A DNA stretch of 64,000 bases from a virus (taxonomy: Duplodnaviria; Heunggongvirae; Uroviricota; Caudoviricetes). Location of the stretch: the IMG/VR virus record IMGVR_UViG_3300010279_000462; one strand, given 5' to 3'. The translations under genes and the position numbers were made by a program. Below, one piece after another: positions 42,519 to 51,982 of this stretch. Below the pieces are notes generated by a model. The model had not been told where the DNA came from, ran no database searches, and was given only the letters and a program-made list of their open reading frames with translations. Position 1 is the first letter of the stretch. Each line of letters begins with the position of its first letter.

Positions 42519-42700
42519 CTCCTTTCTTCATCATCATTGTAGCACTTATCTGCAAAATCGTCAACCATAATATTGACCAATTTGCTGACAAATATATTGT
42601 ATGCTAAAAAGACGACTTTGATGCAAACGTCAATATATGGAGCCTGTCTGCCTTCGTGCAGATGGGCTTTTTTCATGCCAACAAGGAGGTGGTTATCCGC

Positions 42701-45700
42701 ATGGCATCCAGAATCGCAGGCATTACCGTTGAAATTGGCGGTGACACTACAAAACTCTCCAAAGCATTGGAAGGCGTCAACAAGTCCATCAAGACAACGC
42801 AGTCTGAGTTGAAGGATGTCAACAAGCTCTTAAAGCTCGACCCCTCCAATACGGAAGCGGTGACCCAGAAGCAGCGGATGCTGAAGGAAGCCATCGAAGC
42901 CACCAAGGAGAAGCTGACTACCCTCAAGACGGCGGCTCAACAGGCCAATGAACAACTGGCTGACGGCAAGATCACCCAGGAGCAGTATGATGCACTCCAG
43001 CGTGAGATCGTGGAAACGGAGGAACAGCTCAAATCCCTGCAGGAACAAGCGGCGGTCACCAATGCGACCCTTGCCAAGATCGATGCGGTGGGTGACAAGC
43101 TGCAAACTGTGGGGTCCAAGGTCGAGGACACCGGCAAAAAGTTCCTGCCGGTAACGGCGGCTGTCACCGGCCTTGGTACAGCGGCGGTCAAGACGGCAGC
43201 GGACTTTGATACAGAAATGAGCAAGGTCGCCGCTATTTCCGGCGCAACGGGAGATGACTTTGACCAGCTCCGTGCCAAAGCCCGCGAGATGGGCGCCAAG
43301 ACCAAGTTCTCTGCATCCGAGGCGGCATCGGCCATGGAGTACATGGCTATGGCCGGCTGGAAGACCGGGGATATGCTGGACGGTATCGAAGGTATCATGA
43401 ACCTCGCGGCCGCATCGGGTGAAGACCTCGCCACGACCTCGGATATCGTTACGGATGCGCTGACTGCCTTTGGCCTGTCGGCTTCGGATTCCGGGCATTT
43501 CGCAGATATCCTCGCAGCGGCTTCGTCCAATGCCAACACGAATGTCTCCATGATGGGCGAGACGTTCAAATACTGTGCGCCTATCGCGGGTGCTTTGGGA
43601 TTCTCCGCAGAGGACACCGCCGAAGCCATCGGCCTAATGGCAAACTCTGGCATCAAGGCATCTCAGGCCGGCACATCACTGCGCTCCATCATGAACAACC
43701 TTGCCGGTGAAGTTACCTTTGTGGGTAAGAACATCGGTGAGGTCACCATTGCCACCAGCAATGCAGACGGCAGTATGCGCAGCCTAAACGACATCCTGGC
43801 AGATTGCCGTGTGGCTTTCTCCGGGTTGTCGGAATCTGAGAAAGCTGCGAATGCAGAAGCACTGGTCGGCAAGAACGCCATGTCCGGCTTCCTGGCTCTA
43901 ATGAATGCCAGCCAGTCGGACATCGACAAGCTGAGCGGTGCCATTGAAAACTGCGATGGCGCATCCGAGAGCATGGCGACTACCATGCAGGATAACCTCA
44001 ATGGTCAGCTCACCATTCTGAAATCTCAGTTGGAGGAGCTGGCTATTTCTTTTGGCGACCTGCTCATGCCGACCATCCGTAAGATCGTGTCGGCGGTACA
44101 GGCATTCGTGGACAAGCTCAACAGCATGGATGACAGCACCAGAGAAACCATCATCAAGGTGGCGGCTTTGGCGGCGGCTATTGGTCCGCTCCTGATCGTA
44201 TTAGGCAAGACCATATCGACAGTCGGTACAGCCCTCAAGGGATTCAGTTCTCTGGCAAAGGGCATCCGGCTGCTGTCCACCCATGTCGGCAGCGCAAGCG
44301 GCTTGTTTGGAAAACTGGGCGCGGCACTCGGCGGGATCTCCGCCCCGGTCATGACCGTTGTTGCGGTCATCGGAGTTCTGGTCGCAGCCTTTGTGAATCT
44401 CTGGAACACCAATGAGGAGTTCCGCACGGCGATCACCAACATCTGGAACGGCATTGTGGAAACGGTACGCGGCTTCTGTGACCAGCTGACCCAGCGAATC
44501 AATGACCTCGGCTTTGACTTCAAGGACATTGTCGAAGTCCTGAAAGCTGTGTGGGATGGCTTCTGTCAGGTGTTAGCTCCTGTGTTCGAGGGCGCGTTTC
44601 AGGTCGTATCCACGGTGTTGAGTACTGTGCTGGATACCCTGATCGGTCTGTTCGATGTTTTCTCCAATCTGTTCCAAGGAAACTGGAGCGGAGCGTGGGA
44701 AGCAGTCAAGGGTATCTTCTCCGGCATCTGGGAGGGCATCCAGTCCATCTTCTCTACGGTGCTGGACACCTTGAAGGGCGTGGCAGATGTGTTCCTCGGC
44801 TGGTTCGGCACGGATTGGAACTCGGTCTGGGAGAGTATCAAGTCGTTCTTTGAAGGTATCTGGACGGGAATCAGCACGTTCTTCTCCGGCGTTCTGACTG
44901 GAATTCAGACGACCGCGTCCAACATCTGGACCGACATTTCGACATTTTTCACAGGGGTGTGGACCGGGATCAAGACCTTCTTTGAGGGGATCTGGAATGG
45001 TATCGTTTCTTTCTTTACTGGAAAGACCAGTGAGATGGACGAGAACACCACATCCACCTTCAATGGCATCTCGTCGTTTCTCGGCGGCATCCTGTCTGGC
45101 TTGCAGACGGTCTTCTCCACGGTGTGGGAAGCCATCTCTGGCGTGGTCGGCGGTGTCATGGATGCCATTTCCTCGGTCATCTCCACCGTAATGAACCTGA
45201 TCTCCGGCGACTGGTCATCGGCCTGGGAGGGTATCAAGTCCACGGCTTCTACCGTGTGGGAAGACATTTCCAGTGTGGTTTCGACCGCATGGGAGGGCAT
45301 CTCGTCCTTTGTGTCGGGTGCTGTTTCCACGCTGGGCAGCGGACTGTCCACTGCATGGGAAGGCATCAAGACAACCGCAGACACAGCGTGGGAAGGGCTG
45401 AAGACCGGCATCTCGGATGTCTGGTCGAACCTGCAAACCACTGTGTCCACAGCGGTATCCACACTGGGCAGTAATCTTTCTACGGCGTGGGATGGCATTA
45501 AGAGTACGGCATCGACGGCATGGGATGGTATCAAAAGTGCCATCACCTCGGTGTGGGACGGCATCCAGTCGGGTGTGACCTCTGCCGTTGATACGGTCGC
45601 CACCGGGTTATCCAGCGCATGGGAAGGAATTCAGTCCACGGCAAGCACTGCATGGGAGGGCATCAAGTCCGGCATTTCCAGTGCGTGGGAAGGAATCTCC

Positions 45701-48655
45701 GGCTTCTTTGGCGGCATCTGGGATTCCATTACCGGCAAGACCAGCGATTCCACTTCTCAGATGAAGACCGACACCTCCAATGCGTGGTCGGGTGTGGAGG
45801 CAGAAGCACAGACCGCATGGTCTGGTGTCTCCACTTCCGTGTCGGCTGCCTGTTCTGGTATGGCGCAGTCGGTGACAAGCCAGATCGACAGCATCAAGGC
45901 ATCCATGTCTGCGGCATGGTCCGGAATCGCCTCGGAAACGACCGCAGCCTGGAACAATGTCAAGACCAGCCTTGCAACGGCATGGTCGGGCATCTCCTCC
46001 ACCATGACTGCCAGCCTGAATGGTGTAAAAGCAGCGGTCAGCAACGGCTGGACACAGCTTCGCAGCCTGACGGTTTCCAGCTGGTCCGGCATCCAGTCCA
46101 GCCTGACGGCGAGCTGGAATTCCATCAAGACGGCGACCACGACGGCAGTCAATACCGTGAAGACTTCGGTCACAACGGGGTGGACGGATCTGCGCGGCCT
46201 GACCACTTCCAGCTGGAGTTCCATCCAGAATGCGCTGAATACGAGCTGGAACTCCATCAAGAGCGCAACGACAGCATCGGTTAATGCGGTGAACACCTCG
46301 GTCACGACCGGGTGGACGAATCTGCGGAGCTTGACTGCTTCGAGCTGGAACTCTATACAGACTGCACTGAACACAAGCTGGAACAACATCCGGAGTGCGA
46401 CCACGAGTTCGGTCAATGCGGTGAATACCTCTGTCACGGCCGGATGGAACAATCTGCGCAGCATGACTGCCAGCAGTTGGTCGAGTATCCAGTCGGCACT
46501 CAGTTCCATCTGGAACAGCATTAAGTCTACGGCTTCTTCGGCGGTCAACGCTGTGAAATCCGCTGTGTCCTCTGGATGGAGCGGGGTGAAGTCCTCGACA
46601 AGCTCCACCTTCAGCAGTGTGCAGTCGGCAGTGTCAGGTGCAATGTCGAATCTGCGCTCTACGGTATCCTCCGGTGTGTCCAGCGTCAAGAGCAGTTTCA
46701 ACTCGCTGAGTTCCATTGCATCCTCGGCATACAGCTGGGGCGCAGATATCTGCTCTCAGATGGCAGCCGGTGTCCGGGCGGCAGCTGGCAGGGTCGTTCA
46801 GGCGGCGGAAAATGTGGCAAGCAAGGTCAGAAGCCTCTTGCACTTCTCTGTTCCTGACACCGGTCCTCTGTCCGATGCGGATGAGTATATGCCTGACTTC
46901 ATGAAGCTGCTGGCAAGCGGCATCAAGAAGAATCAGGACAAGGTCATCAAGGCAGTCAAGAAGTTGTCCAGCGGCATGAACACCAACCTGACGACCCCGG
47001 TCGGTGACATGAGCGATAAGGTCAAGTCGGTGGTTGGCGGCTTTGCCAGTACGATTTCCGGCAGCACCTATCGGGTCAGTTCTGCGGCAAGTGGGCTGGC
47101 AAGCGGCATCAAAAATGGTCTGTTGAACGGTCTATCGGATCTTCAGACGGAGTTCAAGGGTGTCTGGGACGGACTCGAAAATACCACGAAGGCCGCCATG
47201 GACAACATCAGCGATGAAGTCAAGCATGGAATGTCCGAGATGGCAAACTCCATGGGAGAGCTTGGTTCTCAGACCAGCTCCCTTGGCTCCCTGATCCGTA
47301 ACCTTGGCGACACCTTCAATAACGATTTCCTTTCTAACCTCGGCAGTGGCATCGGCAAGGTCGGCGATACCGTGAGCAATGTCATGGGTATCGTGGACAA
47401 GCTGGGGCAGATGAAGAACACGGTCAGCTCTTTGGGCGAGACCTTCAAGAATCTGACCGGCGCGCTTGGCACAGATTCGGGCGGCGGATTGTTGTCGAAA
47501 TTGGGGCAGCTTGTGTCGCAGCTCGGCAGCAGCAACAGCTCTGGCATCATCTCCAACTTCGGCAACCTCATCTCCGGACTGACCTCGAAGATGGGCGGTC
47601 TGGGACAGGGCATCTCCGGCGTTCTCTCGAAGCTGGGTAGCCTTGGTTCCAGCGGAAGCGGAATCCTGTCGAGTCTCGGCAGCGTTGCTTCCGGTGTGCT
47701 TTCCAAGCTCGGCGGTGTGGGCAGCAGTCTGTCGGGAATCCTTTCCGGAGTTGGCTCCTCGCTGGGCGGCATCGCGGCTTCTGCGGGTTCGGCGCTTACC
47801 GGGCTGTTCGGCTCGGTCGGAACAACGGTGTCCGGCTTGGCGGCAGGAGCCGGTTCCGCACTGGCCGGCATCGCTTCCTCAGCTGGCGGTTTTCTCGCTT
47901 CGGCTGGTACGGCGCTTGCTGGCGTGGCCGGCCCTGCGGGTATTGCTGTAGCGGCGGTCGCCGGTGTCGGACTTGGCGTGAAAGCCCTGTGGGATAACTG
48001 CGACAGCTTCCGGGACGGTGTGACGAATATCTGGAATGGCATCAAGAACACCTTTGCCAGCGGCGTTGCTGCCGTAAAGCAGGGCGTATCGAATGCGGCT
48101 TCCTTTGTCGGCAACATCGCTTCTTCCATCTGGGGCGGTGTCAAGAACGTGGCATCCTCGGCATGGAACTGGGGCAAGGACATCGTAAGCGGTATCGCTG
48201 GCGGCATCCAAAAGGGTGTCAGCTGGTTCGGCAACGCTGTCAGGAGTGTGGCGGACGGTATCCGTTCCTTCCTCCACTTCTCTGTCCCGGATGAAGGCCC
48301 TCTGGCAGATGCCGATACCTATATGCCGGACTTCATGCAGCTTATGGCAAAGGGAATTCAGGGCAATACCGGCAATGTGCTGGATTCTGTGAAAACTCTG
48401 GTCGGAAAAGTCCATGAAGGCATGGCGGATATCAGCACATTTCGTCTGCCGGAAGTGAATATTCCACAATTCAATGCGAATGGGTGGAATATTCCGCAGC
48501 CCGCGCTGGCTGGCGGTACGACCAGAACGACCAATCTGGGCGGTGTTCACATCACCGTGAATGGCTACAATGCCCGGAACGATGATGAGCTGGCACAGAT
48601 CGTGGCAGACAAGATCAATGACATGATTGATCAGGATGATTCAGTCTACAAGTAA
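42701..48655 (+). CDS. tail tape measure protein (1984 aa)
   Basis: RBS AAGGAGGTGG. N-terminal TMP domain, long low-complexity repeat core (WxGIKS repeats) and duplicated C-terminal modules. Confidence 0.85.
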   Translation: MASRIAGITVEIGGDTTKLSKALEGVNKSIKTTQSELKDVNKLLKLDPSNTEAVTQKQRMLKEAIEATKEKLTTLKTAAQQANEQLADGKITQEQYDALQREIVETEEQLKSLQEQAAVTNATLAKIDAVGDKLQTVGSKVEDTGKKFLPVTAAVTGLGTAAVKTAADFDTEMSKVAAISGATGDDFDQLRAKAREMGAKTKFSASEAASAMEYMAMAGWKTGDMLDGIEGIMNLAAASGEDLATTSDIVTDALTAFGLSASDSGHFADILAAASSNANTNVSMMGETFKYCAPIAGALGFSAEDTAEAIGLMANSGIKASQAGTSLRSIMNNLAGEVTFVGKNIGEVTIATSNADGSMRSLNDILADCRVAFSGLSESEKAANAEALVGKNAMSGFLALMNASQSDIDKLSGAIENCDGASESMATTMQDNLNGQLTILKSQLEELAISFGDLLMPTIRKIVSAVQAFVDKLNSMDDSTRETIIKVAALAAAIGPLLIVLGKTISTVGTALKGFSSLAKGIRLLSTHVGSASGLFGKLGAALGGISAPVMTVVAVIGVLVAAFVNLWNTNEEFRTAITNIWNGIVETVRGFCDQLTQRINDLGFDFKDIVEVLKAVWDGFCQVLAPVFEGAFQVVSTVLSTVLDTLIGLFDVFSNLFQGNWSGAWEAVKGIFSGIWEGIQSIFSTVLDTLKGVADVFLGWFGTDWNSVWESIKSFFEGIWTGISTFFSGVLTGIQTTASNIWTDISTFFTGVWTGIKTFFEGIWNGIVSFFTGKTSEMDENTTSTFNGISSFLGGILSGLQTVFSTVWEAISGVVGGVMDAISSVISTVMNLISGDWSSAWEGIKSTASTVWEDISSVVSTAWEGISSFVSGAVSTLGSGLSTAWEGIKTTADTAWEGLKTGISDVWSNLQTTVSTAVSTLGSNLSTAWDGIKSTASTAWDGIKSAITSVWDGIQSGVTSAVDTVATGLSSAWEGIQSTASTAWEGIKSGISSAWEGISGFFGGIWDSITGKTSDSTSQMKTDTSNAWSGVEAEAQTAWSGVSTSVSAACSGMAQSVTSQIDSIKASMSAAWSGIASETTAAWNNVKTSLATAWSGISSTMTASLNGVKAAVSNGWTQLRSLTVSSWSGIQSSLTASWNSIKTATTTAVNTVKTSVTTGWTDLRGLTTSSWSSIQNALNTSWNSIKSATTASVNAVNTSVTTGWTNLRSLTASSWNSIQTALNTSWNNIRSATTSSVNAVNTSVTAGWNNLRSMTASSWSSIQSALSSIWNSIKSTASSAVNAVKSAVSSGWSGVKSSTSSTFSSVQSAVSGAMSNLRSTVSSGVSSVKSSFNSLSSIASSAYSWGADICSQMAAGVRAAAGRVVQAAENVASKVRSLLHFSVPDTGPLSDADEYMPDFMKLLASGIKKNQDKVIKAVKKLSSGMNTNLTTPVGDMSDKVKSVVGGFASTISGSTYRVSSAASGLASGIKNGLLNGLSDLQTEFKGVWDGLENTTKAAMDNISDEVKHGMSEMANSMGELGSQTSSLGSLIRNLGDTFNNDFLSNLGSGIGKVGDTVSNVMGIVDKLGQMKNTVSSLGETFKNLTGALGTDSGGGLLSKLGQLVSQLGSSNSSGIISNFGNLISGLTSKMGGLGQGISGVLSKLGSLGSSGSGILSSLGSVASGVLSKLGGVGSSLSGILSGVGSSLGGIAASAGSALTGLFGSVGTTVSGLAAGAGSALAGIASSAGGFLASAGTALAGVAGPAGIAVAAVAGVGLGVKALWDNCDSFRDGVTNIWNGIKNTFASGVAAVKQGVSNAASFVGNIASSIWGGVKNVASSAWNWGKDIVSGIAGGIQKGVSWFGNAVRSVADGIRSFLHFSVPDEGPLADADTYMPDFMQLMAKGIQGNTGNVLDSVKTLVGKVHEGMADISTFRLPEVNIPQFNANGWNIPQPALAGGTTRTTNLGGVHITVNGYNARNDDELAQIVADKINDMIDQDDSVYK

Positions 48656-48672
48656 GAAATGAGGTGATGCGT

Positions 48673-49449
48673 ATGGGCTATCTGCCTGAACGGAAAACGG
48701 TATCGCAGTTTGATCTCAAGGGCAGGTTCGCACGACAGTATCTGTCCTTTGCGGGGAAGTCCAGCAAGGACTTCCTTTTATATTTGTCCGGACCCGGTGT
48801 GTATGACTCCCCGGCGGCAGATGTGGAAAGCACGGCGGTCCCCGGACGAAACGGTGACATCATCAGCGAAAACGCCAAGTCCGGCAGGCGGCGGTTTCAG
48901 AATGTGGATATCAAATATGAAGCGTTCTTTTTCAACGGTCTGCCCGCCAAGACTGCGGCGGTGAAGTCGTGGCTTTTGTCCCCGGTTGGGTATCAGAAAC
49001 TGCAGGACACCTACGACCCCTCATTCTTCCGTATGGCGGTCTGTACGGAAGCCATGGAGTTTGATGTAACGGCGCAGAAGGCTGCCAAGATGGACCTCGT
49101 GTTCAACTGCAAGCCCCAGCGTTGGAGTGTAGAAGGGCAGAGAACGGTACGGCTGGAAAGCCGCAGCAACCTCATGAATCCCTTTGCTTTCCCGGCACAG
49201 CCCATCTTCAAGGTCTATGGAGATTCGGGCGGTGTGCTGTATGTGGGAGACGAGTCCATTACCATCCACAGCATCAAGGACTATGTCCTGCTGGACTGTG
49301 AGACGCACAACGCCTACAACGCCAGCGGCTTCTGCAATGAAACCATCCTGTCAGATGATTTCCCGGAACTGCCGGCCGGCAAAACGCAGATCACATGGAC
49401 GGGCGGGATCACGGCTGTAGAGGTAACACCAAGATGGTGGACACTGTGA
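48673..49449 (+). CDS. distal tail protein (Dit)
   Basis: Position after the TMP. About 258 aa. RBS GAGGTG. Confidence 0.65.
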   Translation: MGYLPERKTVSQFDLKGRFARQYLSFAGKSSKDFLLYLSGPGVYDSPAADVESTAVPGRNGDIISENAKSGRRRFQNVDIKYEAFFFNGLPAKTAAVKSWLLSPVGYQKLQDTYDPSFFRMAVCTEAMEFDVTAQKAAKMDLVFNCKPQRWSVEGQRTVRLESRSNLMNPFAFPAQPIFKVYGDSGGVLYVGDESITIHSIKDYVLLDCETHNAYNASGFCNETILSDDFPELPAGKTQITWTGGITAVEVTPRWWTL

Positions 49450-49465
49450 TAGGAGGTGGAGCGGG

Positions 49466-51286
49466 ATGATCCCTTGTCTGTATGCATCCACAGAGACAAA
49501 ATTCGACAATAACGGCATCGGGAAGCTGGCGGACGCACAGTCCTGTGTGGTGACAGAAAAGCGCAACGGCAGCTTTGAACTGGAAATGGTCTGTCCGGCA
49601 GACGGCATCCATGCGGAGAGCTTGGAGGAGGGAAACATCATTCTCGCAAAACCCTCGGATACCGGCAGGACACAGCCGTTTCGCATCTATAAGATCGCAA
49701 CGCCCATCGATGGCAAGCTGGTGGTGAAGGCACGGCACATCTCCTATCAGCTTAACTTCATCACCGTCTCGCCCTTTGCCACGACTGGCTGCACCGGTGC
49801 GCTGGCAGGACTGGAAAATCATGCGGCGTCTGACTGCCCTTTTGCGGTCTGGACGGATATTTCCTCCAATGCAGCATTCCGGCTGTCCACGCCATCGTCC
49901 TTCCGAAACTGTCTCGGCGGTATCGATGGCTCTGTGCTGGACACCTTTGACGGAGAATATGAGTGGGATCGATACGAGGTCAAACTCCATCGCTGCCGGG
50001 GAGCTGACCACGGTGTGCATATCACCTATGGAAAGAACCTCACGGATTTCCGAATGGAGAAGAACATCGAGAATGTTATCACCGGTGTGCATCCATATTG
50101 GCAGAACTCTGAAACCGGCGAGGTGACAGAGCTGCCGGAAAAGGTCGTGTTGATGGAACAGCGGTCTGTGCCGTACCAGAAGTTCTCTGTGCTGGACTGC
50201 ACCGCTGGCTTTCAGGACAAGCCGACTGCGGAGATGCTTCGCAGCTATGCGCAGGAATATCTGAAGAACACCAGCCTGACCGAGCCGCAGGTCGATATCG
50301 ACATCGACTTCATCCAGCTCTGGAATACGCCGGATTATGCGGATGTGGTGGAAGCTGAACAGGTGAGCCTCTGTGATACCGTCCATGTGTTCATTTCTAA
50401 GCTGGGAATCGAGGTCAGTTCCAAGGTGACGGAGACCGAGTACGATGTCCTGCTGGAACGGTACAAGAGCATCACGCTGTCGAACTCGCTGGTCAGCAGC
50501 CGGAACTCCTCGCTGACTACGGCGTTGAGCAGCATCCGCAATACCGCCAACGAAGCCTACAATACCGCACTTCGTGTGGAAAACAGCATGGGCGAACAGA
50601 TCGGCGGTATCTCCGTGTCCATGGTTTATGATGGTACGCTGTTGGCCGGTCTGTTCGGTCTGCACTACCAGAATGTGACCGAGGTGAACGGAGATACCGT
50701 GCGGTATGCCTTCAATGCCGGAACGCTGGCAAAGTCCAGTTTCGCATGGAAGAACAGTCCGGCAGGATTCTTCATTTCCACAGATGGCGGTAAGACATGG
50801 GGCTATGGCTGGGAAAAGGATGATTCCCCGGTCAAGACCGCACTGCTCCTGGAAGATACCTTGCAGGAGTTGGACGAGAGATACAAGAAAGCGGCGGCTC
50901 TGACAGATGAGCTTCTGGCACAGCTGGATGAGCGGTACAAGACTGCATCCGCCTTGACCGAAGACCTGCTCAAGAAGCTGGATGAACGATACGGTGTGGC
51001 AGGAAAGCTGTCGGAATCCCTGATGGCTGAACTGGATGAACGCTATGCGCCGGCAGTTGTGGTAAGAAAGACCGCACCAACAGCACCAAAGGACAATGCA
51101 CTCTGGGTCGATATCTCCGAACTGCGGCTGAAGCTGTGGGATGGAGAAGCATGGCAGACGGTTGGCTATGAGCCGCCAGAGCCTGACCCGGATACCCCGA
51201 CAGAGGAAGGAGGCGAAGAAGATGGCAAGCAGGAAAGCGGCAGTACAGACGCAGGAGCAGACAGCGCAGGTGACACAGACGGCTAA
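49466..51286 (+). CDS. tail-associated lysin / tail endopeptidase-like protein (Tal)
   Basis: N-terminal siphovirus Tal fold (NGIGKLADAQS...). C-terminal 4x LDERYK coiled-coil repeat. Confidence 0.7.
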   Translation: MIPCLYASTETKFDNNGIGKLADAQSCVVTEKRNGSFELEMVCPADGIHAESLEEGNIILAKPSDTGRTQPFRIYKIATPIDGKLVVKARHISYQLNFITVSPFATTGCTGALAGLENHAASDCPFAVWTDISSNAAFRLSTPSSFRNCLGGIDGSVLDTFDGEYEWDRYEVKLHRCRGADHGVHITYGKNLTDFRMEKNIENVITGVHPYWQNSETGEVTELPEKVVLMEQRSVPYQKFSVLDCTAGFQDKPTAEMLRSYAQEYLKNTSLTEPQVDIDIDFIQLWNTPDYADVVEAEQVSLCDTVHVFISKLGIEVSSKVTETEYDVLLERYKSITLSNSLVSSRNSSLTTALSSIRNTANEAYNTALRVENSMGEQIGGISVSMVYDGTLLAGLFGLHYQNVTEVNGDTVRYAFNAGTLAKSSFAWKNSPAGFFISTDGGKTWGYGWEKDDSPVKTALLLEDTLQELDERYKKAAALTDELLAQLDERYKTASALTEDLLKKLDERYGVAGKLSESLMAELDERYAPAVVVRKTAPTAPKDNALWVDISELRLKLWDGEAWQTVGYEPPEPDPDTPTEEGGEEDGKQESGSTDAGADSAGDTDG

Positions 51287-51965
51287 GTCGTTCACGGTGT
51301 TTCAGGATGTGGAGCTGTCCTTTACGGAGAACCTGATCCCCACGCACATCCCGGTCAAGCAGTACGACAATCAGGCGCGGAAAGTGCGGTGTCGGCTGTA
51401 TCAGAATTCTCTGGAATATAAGGTCAGCACGGACATCATTGTGAGCTATTCGGCTACGCGGCCAGATGGCGCAGTGTTCCAGTATTCCAGTGAGACGCGC
51501 CCGGATCTCGTGTTTGTGGAGGATGGCGCAGTGATCCTGACAGTCACGGCCTTTATGACCGAAGTGTATGGGCGGTTTCCCATTGACATCTACCTTCTGT
51601 CCGATGAGGGGGATGTGATCGGCTCGTTCAGTCTGGTGCTGAATGTGACCCGTGCGGCGGTCAAGAATGGCAAGATTGCAACGCTGACCTACAAGGCGTG
51701 TCTGGAAGCAACCGCAAAGGGCATTCTGGAATTCCTCATTACCGATGACGGCTACCTCGTGATGCGCTCGGACAACAATCTGGGTCTGACGCAGGGGTCT
51801 GTGTCCAGCACCATTGACAAGGTGGCGCAGGACATCGCCGAGGGAATGGTCAACGCATCCATCAATATGGATGGGCATCTGGTATTTGAGAGCTGGGATG
51901 CTCTGAACCTGATATTTGAGATGGACGACGAGGGTCGGCTCATCGTGAGATACAATGAGGCGTAA
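51222..51965 (+). CDS. tail/baseplate protein
   Basis: RBS GGAAGGAGG. 247 aa. Start overlaps the Tal 3' end. Confidence 0.5.
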   Translation: MASRKAAVQTQEQTAQVTQTAKSFTVFQDVELSFTENLIPTHIPVKQYDNQARKVRCRLYQNSLEYKVSTDIIVSYSATRPDGAVFQYSSETRPDLVFVEDGAVILTVTAFMTEVYGRFPIDIYLLSDEGDVIGSFSLVLNVTRAAVKNGKIATLTYKACLEATAKGILEFLITDDGYLVMRSDNNLGLTQGSVSSTIDKVAQDIAEGMVNASINMDGHLVFESWDALNLIFEMDDEGRLIVRYNEA

Positions 51966-51982
51966 GCCGGAAAGGACAAAGA

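Noticed and set aside
49409-51295. 628-aa minus-strand ORF antisense to the Tal gene, and similar long antisense ORFs in the fibers (54944-56956, 58507-59772), TMP and terminase
   Set aside because: These are GC-driven spurious antisense frames. All structural genes are collinear on the plus strand with RBSs and start-stop coupling.
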